DNA from: Pseudomonas aeruginosa PAO1 | GTDB taxonomy: Bacteria > Pseudomonadota > Gammaproteobacteria > Pseudomonadales > Pseudomonadaceae | Direction: 5' to 3' (one strand) | Assembly: GCF_000006765.1 (NCBI RefSeq) | Contig: NC_002516.2 | Length of the DNA: 64,000 bases | Shown here: one piece after another, positions 51,090-60,680 of the stretch | How the letters are laid out: every line of letters begins with the position of its first letter | Numbering within the stretch: the stretch's first letter is position 1 | Made by a program: the position numbers and the translations under genes | The notes under the pieces: model-generated | What the model saw: only the letters and a program-made list of their open reading frames with translations | Database searches by the model: none | Told to the model about the DNA's origin: nothing

Positions 51090-52628
51090 GTGACCCGGCC
51101 CACGTCCGTCAAGCCCGACAATTTCTTCCTCCTGCTGTTTCGTGCCTTGCGCCAGCGCCGCGTCCCGATCGCCCTGCGGCTCGCCAGCCATAGCCTGATC
51201 CTGGTGGCCCTGGCCCTGCTGATCTACGCCTGGGTCATGGGCATGCAGTTTCGCCAGGCCATGCAACAGCAGGCCGATGCCCTGGGCCAGAGCCTGATCA
51301 CCCAGACCGCCGCGTCCGCCACCGAGTTGCTGGTGTCCAACGACATCCTCAGCCTCAACGTGCTGCTGAACAACCTGGTGAAGAACCCGCTGGTGGCCCA
51401 TGCGGCGATCTACAGCGTCGACCAGCGCATCCTCGCCGAGGCCGGCAGCCGTCCGAAGCAGAGCCTGCTCGGCGCCACCGAAGGCCTGTACTCGACGCCG
51501 ATCACCTTCCAGGAAGTGATCGCCGGGCACCTGCGCATCAGCCTGGACATGCAGCAGTTCCAGCAGCCGATGATGATCAGCCTGCAGAGCATGGGCCTGA
51601 TCAGCCTGATCCTGCTGATCCTCGCCCTGTATTTCAGCCTGCGCCTGGGGCGGCAGATTTCCACACCCTTGTTGCAATTGCGTGTCTGGTTGCGCGATCC
51701 GGACAATCCGGCCCCCGGCGCCGAACTGCAGAACGAGCTGGGCGACCTGGCGCGCGACCTGGAAGAGCGCCTGGTGCCGGAGAAGCCGCCGGCGCCGGAG
51801 CCGGAAGAAGCACCGCTGCCGCAGAACTTCGACGACATCCTGCTGGAAGACGACGAAGCCGACCTGCGCAGCCGCAAGGTCGAGGCCTCGGCCTTCGAGG
51901 AAGACGACATTCCGCTGGGCGACGCCCTGCTGGACGAGACCAAGCCGGTGGAATTCACCTCCATCGACGAAGACCCGCTGGACCAGGACGCCTTCGACGA
52001 GAACGGAGCCGAAGCCGGGGAACAGCCCGCAGCGCCCGCCGCTGCGCGCGAACCGCAACACAGTGCGGTGCTGGCGATCCAGCTCGGCGCCCAGGAACAG
52101 TTGCGCCGGTTGCCGCGCAGCCGCCTGGTGGATCTCCTGCAACGCTATCGCGACTGCCTGGAACAGGCCGCCCGCCAGTACAAGGGCAGCCTGCACACGC
52201 TCAGCGACGGCGGCAGCCTGATTCTCTTCCACAGCCGCGACAACCGCGCCGACTACCTGACCAACGCGCTCTGCTGCGGTGAACTGATGCGTGCGCTCGG
52301 CCATGCCCTGCAGATCGAGGTCGCCGACAGCGGCATCACCTTGCAACTGCAACTGGGCCTGAGCCTCGGCGAAGACCTCAGCGAACAGACCCAGGCCGAC
52401 CTGCTGCTCAACGAAACCGTGCAGAACGCCCTCGCCCTCAACCAGCACAGCCGCAACCTGCTGCTGGTCGAACGCAGCATCGCCGACGACGCGGTGGTCC
52501 GCGAGCGCGCCCGTATCCGCGCCATCGCCAGTCCGGAAGGAGCCTGCTGCGTCGAGCGTCTGCTGGAGCCGTATCCGTCGATGCTCGAGCGCCAACTGGC
52601 GCGCATGCACGACCGCGCCCGCCCGTGA
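51090..52628 (+). CDS. AhpA/YtjB-family inner membrane protein with HAMP, acidic linker and cyclase-like C-terminal domain
   Basis: Two TM segments flanking a periplasmic region, ISTPLLQL...NELGDLAR HAMP, D/E-rich linker. Divergent from serB, like E. coli ytjB(smp). Confidence 0.7.
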   Translation: MTRPTSVKPDNFFLLLFRALRQRRVPIALRLASHSLILVALALLIYAWVMGMQFRQAMQQQADALGQSLITQTAASATELLVSNDILSLNVLLNNLVKNPLVAHAAIYSVDQRILAEAGSRPKQSLLGATEGLYSTPITFQEVIAGHLRISLDMQQFQQPMMISLQSMGLISLILLILALYFSLRLGRQISTPLLQLRVWLRDPDNPAPGAELQNELGDLARDLEERLVPEKPPAPEPEEAPLPQNFDDILLEDDEADLRSRKVEASAFEEDDIPLGDALLDETKPVEFTSIDEDPLDQDAFDENGAEAGEQPAAPAAAREPQHSAVLAIQLGAQEQLRRLPRSRLVDLLQRYRDCLEQAARQYKGSLHTLSDGGSLILFHSRDNRADYLTNALCCGELMRALGHALQIEVADSGITLQLQLGLSLGEDLSEQTQADLLLNETVQNALALNQHSRNLLLVERSIADDAVVRERARIRAIASPEGACCVERLLEPYPSMLERQLARMHDRARP

Positions 52629-53161
52629 CCACCCTGATCACCCACCCGCTGCCGGTCCTGGCGGTGGGACTGGCCCTTGGCAGCCGGGTGATCCCGCCAC
52701 ACCTGCTGCTGGCAGGCATGCTCGCCGCCTGCCTGCCGGACTTCGACGTAGTCGCCTTCAAGCTCGGCATCGCCTATCACGATGCCTTCGGCCATCGCGG
52801 CTTCAGCCATTCGCTATTGTTCGCCTCGATCCTCGGCGCGCTCGCCGCCCTCGCCTGCCGGCCGCTGCATAGCGGACCGCTGAAAGCCGGGCTGTGGGTG
52901 GCGCTGGCCACCGCCTCGCACAGCCTGCTGGACGCGATGACCAATGGCGGGCTGGGCGTCGCCTGGTTCTGGCCCTGGAGCGACGCCCGCTACTTCATGC
53001 CGTTCCATCCGATCGCCGTGTCGCCGATCGGTCTGTCGCGCTTCCTCAGCGAACGCGGATTGCTGGTGCTGCAATCGGAGGCGCGCTGGGTCTGGCTGCC
53101 CTGCCTGCTGCTGGCGCTCGCCGGCATGGCCCTGCGCTTCCTGTTGCGCCGCTCACGCTGA
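52625..53161 (+). CDS. Inner-membrane metal-dependent hydrolase (YdjM-like)
   Basis: ITH, LPDFD, HRGFSHSL, SHSLLD motifs plus TM segments. GTGA overlap with the upstream gene. Confidence 0.8.
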   Translation: MTTLITHPLPVLAVGLALGSRVIPPHLLLAGMLAACLPDFDVVAFKLGIAYHDAFGHRGFSHSLLFASILGALAALACRPLHSGPLKAGLWVALATASHSLLDAMTNGGLGVAWFWPWSDARYFMPFHPIAVSPIGLSRFLSERGLLVLQSEARWVWLPCLLLALAGMALRFLLRRSR

Positions 53162-53170
53162 CGCCGAAAC

Positions 53171-53198
53171 GAAAAAGCCCCGCTTCGGCGGGGCTTTC
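53171..53198. terminator. Bidirectional intrinsic terminator
   Basis: AAAGCCCCGC-TTCG-GCGGGGCTTT with a UUCG tetraloop between convergent genes. Confidence 0.9.
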
Positions 53199-53218
53199 TC
53201 CTAGTCGGCTATCGACAA

Positions 53219-53929
53219 TCAGAACCGATAGACCTCGGCGTCGGTGCGAATCGGCACCACCAGTGGCATTTTCGGACCTTCCTCTTCCTTGACCTTCGGC
53301 TTGGCCACCGGCTTGCGCGCGGTCGCCGGCGGCGGCGCCTCGGCCGCCACGGCGATCGGCTTGACGTCCTTGGCCAACTGCGCCGCCAGGCGCTTGAGCA
53401 GGTCGCTCTGGGCACGGATCTGGTCGCCGATGCTGCCCTGATGCTGTTCTTCCTCGTGGAACACCCGGCTGTCCTTCAGGTCGCCCTTCTGGTCCAACAG
53501 GCGCCAGCGCGCCTCGATCACTGCCGGCTGCTTGGGGCCGGAGTCGAGGCGACTGATGGTCAGCATCACCTGGACCTGGGGGGTGAAACCGGGTTTTTCC
53601 GGGAACAGCGCCAGGCGGCTGCTGCCCAGCTCGCTGGACATCTGCCGCAGCAGTTGCTGGCTGACATTGGTCTCCAGGTTGCCGGCCCAGCGCGCGTCGG
53701 TGGACAGGCTGAGAATACCGTCGGCCTGCCGCTGCACCATCACATCGCGCTTGAGATAGTCGGCCAGTTGTACCGGGCCGAGCAGGACGGCCGCACCGCC
53801 ATCCTTTTTCGGTACTGCGGCGGCACCGACGTCCAACTGGTAGAGCTGGGCCGGCGGATGGACCGCACAACCCGTCAGCCCGAGCAGGCTGACGAGGGAA
53901 AGACATGCGAAGACGCGCCACGCGCTCAT
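53219..53929 (-). CDS. PqiC-like ABC-type transport auxiliary lipoprotein
   Basis: Lipobox LTGC, YQL, GPVQLADYL.R, RWAGNL, IEARWRL. ATG 53929 preferred over 53962. Confidence 0.75.
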   Translation of the reverse strand: MSAWRVFACLSLVSLLGLTGCAVHPPAQLYQLDVGAAAVPKKDGGAAVLLGPVQLADYLKRDVMVQRQADGILSLSTDARWAGNLETNVSQQLLRQMSSELGSSRLALFPEKPGFTPQVQVMLTISRLDSGPKQPAVIEARWRLLDQKGDLKDSRVFHEEEQHQGSIGDQIRAQSDLLKRLAAQLAKDVKPIAVAAEAPPPATARKPVAKPKVKEEEGPKMPLVVPIRTDAEVYRF

Positions 53930-54068
53930 CGAGAACCACCGTATTTCGCCGAAGATCGGCACTACTGATGCAAGACTTGAATTCTACTGGCCACCCGCCA
54001 TCGGAAACGGCGGCCGAAGGGGCGTATCATCCCCTAACCAGCGCCATAGCTCCAGAGGCAGAGCGTAT

Positions 54069-54086
54069 TCCGAAACCGGTTTCGGA
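54069..54086. promoter_or_regulatory. Perfect 18-bp palindrome, LacI-family operator-like
   Basis: TCCGAAACCGGTTTCGGA equals its own reverse complement. Confidence 0.55.
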
Positions 54087-54142
54087 CCACCTGCGTCAGG
54101 GGAAAACCCGGCGGAACCCGCCAGGGAGACGACATTCCCCCG

Positions 54143-54171
54143 GAAAGCCGGCCTCGGAAGAGGCCGCTTTC
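54143..54171. repeat. Hairpin downstream of parC
   Basis: GAAAG-c-CGGCCTC-GGAA-GAGGCCG-CTTTC. Possibly a weak parC terminator. Confidence 0.5.
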
Positions 54172-54221
54172 GCCATTCCCTTGCGGATATGCGAGAGATC
54201 GGAGACCGGTAACGGCTCATT

Positions 54222-56486
54222 TCAATCCTGTGGCGGAATATCCACCAGCAGGCTGTCGACGCGCTGGAAACCGCGCGGCAGCTTGTTGCCTCGCCGGCCT
54301 CGCTCCCCCTTGTAGTGTTCCAGGTCGTCGCCCTTGAGCGACAGGGTACGCTTTCCGGCCTGCAGGACCAACGTCGCCCCGGCTGGCAGAACAGCCAGGT
54401 CGGTGAGGTATTCCTCGCGGCTGGCCACGCGTTCGCCGGGGATGCCGATGATCTTGTTGCCCTTGCCCTTGCCGAGCTGCGGCAGGTCGGAGACCTTGAA
54501 CAATAGCAGACGGCCCTCGGTCGTCACGGCCGCCAGCCAATCCTGCTCCACATCGCGCACCGGGCGCGGCGCCACCACGGCGGAGCCGTTGGGCAGGCTG
54601 AGCAGGGCCTTGCCGGCCTTGTTCTTGGCCTGCAGGTCCTCGCCCTTGACCACGAAACCATAGCCGGCGTCGGAAGCGATCACGAACAGCGCATCGTCGT
54701 CCGGCAGCAGCACGCATTCGAAGCTGGCCCCCGGCGGCGGCGTCAGCCGGCCGCTGAGTGGCTCGCCCTGGCCTCGCGCGGACGGCAGGCTGTGGGCCGG
54801 CAGCGAGTAGCTGCGCCCGGTGGAGTCGATGAACACCGCATACTGGTTCGAGCGTCCCGGCGCGGCGGCCTTGAAGCCGTCGCCGGCCTTGTAGGAGAGG
54901 CCGGCGGCGTCGATGTCGTGGCCCTTGGCGCAACGCACCCAGCCTTTTTCCGAGAGCACCACGGTCACCGGTTCGGTGGGCATCAGCTCGGTTTCCGACA
55001 GCGCGCGGGCCTCGGCGCGGGCGACGATCGGCGAACGGCGGTCGTCGCCGTAGGTCTCGGCGTCCTTGATCAGCTCCTCGCGCACCAGCTTCTTCAGCTT
55101 GGCCTCGCTGCCGAGCAGGGTCTGCAGGCGCTTCTGCTCCTTCAGCAACTCTTCCTGCTCGCCGCGGATCTTCATCTCTTCCAGGCGTGCCAACTGGCGC
55201 AGGCGGGTGTCGAGGATGTAGTCGGCCTGCACCTCGCTGAGTTCGAAGCGCTCCATCAGCACCGCCTTGGGCTGGTCCTCGGTGCGGATGATGTGGATCA
55301 CCTCGTCGAGGTTGAGGAAGGCGATCAGCAAGCCATCCAGCAGATGCAGGCGGCGCTCGACCTTGTCCAGGCGGAACTGCAGGCGTCGACGCACGGTGCC
55401 GATGCGGAACTGCAGCCACTCCGAGAGCAACTGGCGCAGGTCCTTGACCTGCGGCTTGCCGTCGAGGCCGATGATGTTCAGGTTGACCCGGTAGCTGGTC
55501 TCCAGGTCGGTGGTGGCGAACAGATGGGTCATCAGCTCTTCGACATCGACCCGGTTCGAACGCGGGATGATGACGATGCGGGTCGGGTTCTCGTGGTCCG
55601 ACTCGTCGCGCAGGTCGGCCACCATCGGCAGCTTCTTGGCCTGCATCTGCCCGGCGATCTGTTCCAGCACCTTGGAACCGGACACCTGGTGCGGCAGGGC
55701 GTGGATGACGATATCGCCGTCCTCGACGCGGTACACCGCGCGCATGCGCACCGAACCGCGGCCGGTCTCGTAGACCTTCTGCAGGTCGGCGCGCGGGGTG
55801 ATGATCTCGGCTTCGGTGGGGAAGTCCGGGCCCGGCACGTGTTCGCACAATTCGGCGACCGTCGCGCCCGGCTGGTCGAGCAGGCGCACGCAGGCCGACG
55901 CGACTTCCCGCAGGTTGTGCGGCGGCACGTCGGTGGCCATGCCCACCGCGATGCCGGTGGTGCCGTTGAGCAGCAGGTTGGGCAGGCGGGCCGGCAGCAC
56001 GGCCGGCTCGTCGAGGGTGCCGTCGAAGTTCGGTACCCAGTCCACGGTACCCTGGCCCAGTTCGCTGAGCAGCACCTCGGAATAGCGCGACAGGCGCGCC
56101 TCGGTATAACGCATGGCGGCGAAGGACTTGGGATCGTCCGGAGCCCCCCAGTTGCCCTGGCCGTCCACCAGCGGATAGCGATAGGAGAACGGCTGCGCCA
56201 TCAGCACCATGGCCTCGTAGCAGGCCGAGTCGCCGTGCGGGTGGAACTTGCCGAGCACGTCGCCGACGGTGCGCGCCGACTTCTTGTGCTTGGAATCGGC
56301 ATCCAGCCCCAGTTCGCTCATGGCGTAGACGATGCGTCGCTGCACCGGTTTCAGGCCGTCGCCGATATGCGGCAGGGCGCGGTCCATGATCACGTACATG
56401 GAATAGTTCAGATAGGCCTGCTCGGTGAACTCGGCCAACGACCGGCGTTCGACCCCTTCCAGGCTCAGATCGAGGGATTCGCTCAT
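54222..56486 (-). CDS. parC: DNA topoisomerase IV subunit A
   Basis: [25 protein letters not shown] (catalytic Tyr). Confidence 0.99.
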   Translation of the reverse strand: MSESLDLSLEGVERRSLAEFTEQAYLNYSMYVIMDRALPHIGDGLKPVQRRIVYAMSELGLDADSKHKKSARTVGDVLGKFHPHGDSACYEAMVLMAQPFSYRYPLVDGQGNWGAPDDPKSFAAMRYTEARLSRYSEVLLSELGQGTVDWVPNFDGTLDEPAVLPARLPNLLLNGTTGIAVGMATDVPPHNLREVASACVRLLDQPGATVAELCEHVPGPDFPTEAEIITPRADLQKVYETGRGSVRMRAVYRVEDGDIVIHALPHQVSGSKVLEQIAGQMQAKKLPMVADLRDESDHENPTRIVIIPRSNRVDVEELMTHLFATTDLETSYRVNLNIIGLDGKPQVKDLRQLLSEWLQFRIGTVRRRLQFRLDKVERRLHLLDGLLIAFLNLDEVIHIIRTEDQPKAVLMERFELSEVQADYILDTRLRQLARLEEMKIRGEQEELLKEQKRLQTLLGSEAKLKKLVREELIKDAETYGDDRRSPIVARAEARALSETELMPTEPVTVVLSEKGWVRCAKGHDIDAAGLSYKAGDGFKAAAPGRSNQYAVFIDSTGRSYSLPAHSLPSARGQGEPLSGRLTPPPGASFECVLLPDDDALFVIASDAGYGFVVKGEDLQAKNKAGKALLSLPNGSAVVAPRPVRDVEQDWLAAVTTEGRLLLFKVSDLPQLGKGKGNKIIGIPGERVASREEYLTDLAVLPAGATLVLQAGKRTLSLKGDDLEHYKGERGRRGNKLPRGFQRVDSLLVDIPPQD

Positions 56487-56493
56487 GCGTACC

Positions 56494-57018
56494 TCACGGA
56501 GAAGTGTTTTGGCGCAGCACCAGGGTGCCGTCGCGCTGGGTGAATTCGAGTTGTTTCAGGGCGCTCATGCCGAGTAGCACCTCATCGCCGTCCATGCCCG
56601 GCGCAATCAGCGCCGCGACCCCGGACAGGCGGATATCGCCGAGTTGCAGCTGGTCCAGCCGCGTGCGCCAGCCCGTGGCGCGGCCGTTGGCCGTGCTCAG
56701 GGTGATCGGCGCGCCGCGCTCCAGCGCGAGTCTTGCCGCCAGGGCTTCCGGCACCGCCACCTGGGTCGCCCCGGTATCGAGCAGGAAGGTCACGCCCTGG
56801 CCGTTGATCTGCCCGTTCAGCAGGTAATGGCCCTGCCGGCTGCTGGCCAGGCGCAACTCGACGTAGCCGTCGCCATGGATCGATTGCGGCGCCTGGTTCG
56901 GGTTGCGCTGTCGATCTTCCCAGACGCCGAAATAGCGCGTCGCCAGCGCCAGCCCGGCGATCCAGGCCAGCACCAGCATGATCCGTCCCAGCCGCTGACC
57001 GGGCGCCCGTTGCGTCAC
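56494..57018 (-). CDS. Membrane-anchored retropepsin-like (clan AA) aspartic protease
   Basis: N-terminal TM helix, [23 protein letters not shown]. Confidence 0.85.
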   Translation of the reverse strand: MTQRAPGQRLGRIMLVLAWIAGLALATRYFGVWEDRQRNPNQAPQSIHGDGYVELRLASSRQGHYLLNGQINGQGVTFLLDTGATQVAVPEALAARLALERGAPITLSTANGRATGWRTRLDQLQLGDIRLSGVAALIAPGMDGDEVLLGMSALKQLEFTQRDGTLVLRQNTSP

Positions 57019-58028
57019 TTGTCCCCCAACCAGCCGCCGGCGGGCGCGGCGAAGCGCAGGACGAAGGGCCGCACGTCGCCATCGGCGCGCGCATGGTCGC
57101 CATTGTCGATGCCCAGCCAGGCGCCCTTGTCGTCCAGCGACAGGGCTTCCGCGACGCCATAAGGCAGCTCGTAGCGACGCTCCGGCGCCAGGACCGCCGA
57201 GGCGAACGACCAGCAGCGCTCGACCTTGGCCTGGGCCAGGTCGCGGCGACAGATCTGATGCGCCAGGCGCTCCAGGGTGAACAGCTTGCCGCGGTAGAAG
57301 GCGAGGTCGGAGAAATCCTTCGGCAGCTTGCGCGCGCTGCCCAGTTCCGGCGGCGGCTCGATCTTGCCGCCCTCGGCGAGCAGTACGCAGCTGCCCTCGC
57401 AGCGCCAGGCACTGTTGTCGCGGTGGGCCACCAGCAGGCCGCGGCGCTCGCGCTCGGCAGCCAGCCAGAGGCGCTTGCCCTCGGGGTCGACGGCGATCCC
57501 TTCGAACAGCGCGTTGAAATTCATCAGCATGCCGCTGGCCCGCGCTTGCGGCAGCAGGCCGGGCGGCAGGCGCAGCCAGTTCGGCGCGCCGCTCACCGGC
57601 AGTTGCAGGACCGCCGCGTGCGCCTCGCTGACCAGGTAGCGATTGCCGGCGGCATCGCAGGCGATGCCTTCGAAGTCGAGGTTGCCGCCGCGCACCAGGC
57701 CACTGAGCCAGACCCGCGTGCTCATGCCCCAGGGCAACCCGCTGTCCGGCGGGGTCGGAGCGATGAAACTCTCGGCCTCGGCCTGCCAGGGCTGGTCGGA
57801 GCCTTCGGCCGAGGGTTGCAGGCGATACAGGCGGTCATCGTCGCGGTCGGAAACCGTCCACAGCGCGCCACCACACCAGGCCAGCCCGGAGAGGTTGCCG
57901 CCGCGCATGCCCTCCACCGCATGTTCGGAGATGAAGCTCAAGGCTGCCGGAACCGGTGGCTCTGGCGGCGCCTCGGCCGCCTGGACCAGGCCCCCGAACA
58001 GGCCGAGGATGGCCAGCAGGCGGCGCAT
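57015..58028 (-). CDS. Exported beta-propeller protein (phytase-like/SdiA-regulated-like)
   Basis: Signal peptide. Repeated blade starts LSGLAW, FEGIAC, FEGIAV, FSDLAF, AEALSL. Confidence 0.65.
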   Translation of the reverse strand: MRRLLAILGLFGGLVQAAEAPPEPPVPAALSFISEHAVEGMRGGNLSGLAWCGGALWTVSDRDDDRLYRLQPSAEGSDQPWQAEAESFIAPTPPDSGLPWGMSTRVWLSGLVRGGNLDFEGIACDAAGNRYLVSEAHAAVLQLPVSGAPNWLRLPPGLLPQARASGMLMNFNALFEGIAVDPEGKRLWLAAERERRGLLVAHRDNSAWRCEGSCVLLAEGGKIEPPPELGSARKLPKDFSDLAFYRGKLFTLERLAHQICRRDLAQAKVERCWSFASAVLAPERRYELPYGVAEALSLDDKGAWLGIDNGDHARADGDVRPFVLRFAAPAGGWLGDK

Positions 58029-59917
58029 CAGACCAGCACCTCGGCCAGGTTGCCCTTGCTTTCCAGCCAGGACTTGCGGTCACCGGCGCGCTTCTTGGCC
58101 AGCAGCATGTCCATGATCTCCAGGGTACCGGTGGCGTCCTCCAGGGTGAGCTGGACCAGCCGCCGGGTATTCGGATCCATGGTGGTCTCGCGCAGTTGCA
58201 ACGGATTCATTTCGCCAAGGCCCTTGAAGCGGGTGACCTGCGGCTTGCCGCGCTTCTTCTCTGCGGCCAGGCGCTCGAGGATGCCGTCGCGCTCGGCTTC
58301 GTCGAGGGCGTAGTAGATGTCCTTGCCGAGGTCGATGCGGTACAGCGGCGGCATCGCCACGTAGACGTGGCCGGCTTCCACCAGCGGGCGGAAATGGCGG
58401 ACGAACAGCGCGCAGAGCAGCGTGGCGATGTGCAGCCCGTCGGAGTCGGCATCCGCGAGGATACAGATCTTGCCGTAGCGCAGCTGGGCCAGGTCACTGG
58501 CACCCGGATCGACGCCGATGGCCACCGCGATGTCGTGGACCTCCTGGCTGGCGAGCACCTCGCCGCCGTCCACTTCCCAGGTGTTCAGGATCTTTCCGCG
58601 CAGCGGCATGATCGCCTGGAATTCCTTGTCCCGCGCCTGCTTCGCCGAGCCGCCGGCGGAGTCGCCCTCGACCAGGAACAGTTCCGCGCGCATCGGTTCC
58701 TGTCCGGCGCAGTCGGCCAGTTTGCCGGGCAGCGCCGGCCCCTGGGTGATCTTCTTGCGCTCGACCTTCTTGCCCGCCTTGAGGCGACGCCCGGCGTTGC
58801 TGATCGCCAGTTCCGCCAGTTGCAGGCCGATTTCGGCGTGCTCGTTGAGCCACAGGCTGAAGGCGTCCTTCACCACGCCCGAGACGAACGCCGCCGCCTC
58901 GCGGGACGACAGGCGCTCCTTGGTCTGCCCGGAGAACTGCGGCTCCTGCATCTTCATCGAGAGGACGAAGGCGATCCGCTCCCAGACGTCCTCGGGCGCC
59001 AGCTTGACGCCGCGCGGCAACAGGTTGCGGAACTCGCAGAACTCGCGCATGGCGTCGAGCAGGCCCTGGCGCAGGCCGTTCACATGGGTGCCGCCCTGGG
59101 CCGTGGGAATCAGGTTGACGTAGCTTTCCTGCACCGACTCACCGCCCTCGGGCAGCCACAGCAGGGCCCAGCTCACCGCTTCCTTGGAACCTTCGAGGTT
59201 GCCGCAGAAGGGTTCATCGGGCAGGCGCGGCAGCTCGGCGACCGCGTCGGTCAGGTAGGAGCGCAGGCCGTCCTCGAAGTGCCACTCGACGCGCTCGCCG
59301 GTGTTCTTGTCCTCGAACACCACGCTCAGGCCCGGGCACAGCACCGCCTTGGCCTTGAGCACATGCTTGAGGCGGCTGACCGAGAACTTCGCCGAATCGA
59401 AATACTTCGGATCCGGCCAGAAATGCACGCTGGTACCGGTATTGCGCTTGCCGACCGTGCCGATGACTTCCAGATCGCTGTCCTTGAAGCCGTCGGCGAA
59501 GGTCATCCGGTACTCGTTGGCGTCGCGCTTGACGCGTACCTCGACCCGGGTCGAGAGCGCGTTCACCACCGAGATGCCGACCCCGTGCAAGCCGCCGGAG
59601 AACTGGTAGTTCTTGTTCGAGAACTTGCCGCCGGCATGCAGCTTGGTAAGGATCAGCTCGACGCCCGGCACGCCCTCTTCCGGGTGGATGTCCACCGGCA
59701 TGCCGCGGCCATCGTCGATGACTTCCAGCGAGTTGTCCTGGTGCAGGATCACCTGCACGCTCTTCGCATGGCCGGCCAGGGCTTCGTCGACGCTGTTGTC
59801 GATGACTTCCTGGGCCAGATGGTTGGGGCGGGTGGTGTCGGTGTACATCCCCGGGCGCTTGCGCACCGGGTCGAGGCCGGAAAGGACTTCGATGGCGTCT
59901 GCGTTGTAAGTAGCCAT
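58028..59917 (-). CDS. parE: DNA topoisomerase IV subunit B
   Basis: VRKRPGMY, EVIDNSVDE, GLHGVG, VEGDSAGGS, PLRGKILN, DADSDG, RFKGLGEM. Confidence 0.99.
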   Translation of the reverse strand: MATYNADAIEVLSGLDPVRKRPGMYTDTTRPNHLAQEVIDNSVDEALAGHAKSVQVILHQDNSLEVIDDGRGMPVDIHPEEGVPGVELILTKLHAGGKFSNKNYQFSGGLHGVGISVVNALSTRVEVRVKRDANEYRMTFADGFKDSDLEVIGTVGKRNTGTSVHFWPDPKYFDSAKFSVSRLKHVLKAKAVLCPGLSVVFEDKNTGERVEWHFEDGLRSYLTDAVAELPRLPDEPFCGNLEGSKEAVSWALLWLPEGGESVQESYVNLIPTAQGGTHVNGLRQGLLDAMREFCEFRNLLPRGVKLAPEDVWERIAFVLSMKMQEPQFSGQTKERLSSREAAAFVSGVVKDAFSLWLNEHAEIGLQLAELAISNAGRRLKAGKKVERKKITQGPALPGKLADCAGQEPMRAELFLVEGDSAGGSAKQARDKEFQAIMPLRGKILNTWEVDGGEVLASQEVHDIAVAIGVDPGASDLAQLRYGKICILADADSDGLHIATLLCALFVRHFRPLVEAGHVYVAMPPLYRIDLGKDIYYALDEAERDGILERLAAEKKRGKPQVTRFKGLGEMNPLQLRETTMDPNTRRLVQLTLEDATGTLEIMDMLLAKKRAGDRKSWLESKGNLAEVLV

Positions 59918-59928
59918 GGGGTCTCTAT

Positions 59929-60549
59929 TCAGTCAAAAGTCGAAAAGTCGGTGTCGCGCCACAGCGCCGACGGGTAGCCGGCGAACGCCAGCAGCGCCGG
60001 CAGGTGCCGGGCGAAGCCCTGGAAACCGTGGTCGCCGCCGGCCTGGATACGTAGCGCGCAGGCTCGGTAGAAGGCCTGCGCGACGCGATAATCGAGGGTT
60101 TCGTCGGCGGTCTGCAGCCATACCTGGTAGCGTTCGGGACGTTGCAGGTGCGCGACTTCCAGTTCGGCCAACGCCGCCACGTGGTCCTCGGTGAGTTCCC
60201 AGGTCTCGCCGCTGTAGTGGTTGGTCTGCGCGCCCAGGTAGCCGTCGAAGGAGCGATGCGGGGCGACCGCCGGATTGACCAGGATCGCCGCCAGGCCATG
60301 GCGCTCCGCCAAATGGGTCGCATAGTAGCCACCCAGGGAGCTGCCGACCAGCACCGGTCGCCCGAGCTCGGCAATGGCCCGCTCCAACTGGGCGATAGCC
60401 TGCCGTGGGTGATGGTGCAGGGCCGGGACGCGCAGGCCTTCGGCCAGGCCCAAGTGGCCGAAGGCCGCCTGCAGCTGACGCGCCTTGTGCGATTCGGGCG
60501 AACTGTTGAAGCCGTGGATATACAGCAGGGATGGGCTGGTCGCGGTCAT
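59929..60549 (-). CDS. yqiA: YqiA/YcfP family alpha/beta esterase
   Basis: YIHGFNSSP, GSSLGG (GxSxG), DETLDY, GGDHGF. Confidence 0.9.
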   Translation of the reverse strand: MTATSPSLLYIHGFNSSPESHKARQLQAAFGHLGLAEGLRVPALHHHPRQAIAQLERAIAELGRPVLVGSSLGGYYATHLAERHGLAAILVNPAVAPHRSFDGYLGAQTNHYSGETWELTEDHVAALAELEVAHLQRPERYQVWLQTADETLDYRVAQAFYRACALRIQAGGDHGFQGFARHLPALLAFAGYPSALWRDTDFSTFD

Positions 60550-60680
60550 CGGGAACGGGCTAATGGGCTTCAACTCGGTAGGGAAAGCCGAACGGTAACA
60601 GCTTCCAGGCTTCATCTTCCAGCCTGCGCGCCGATCGGCAACGACGCACGTGGCCGCGGTATCCCGCGACCGGGGGCATG

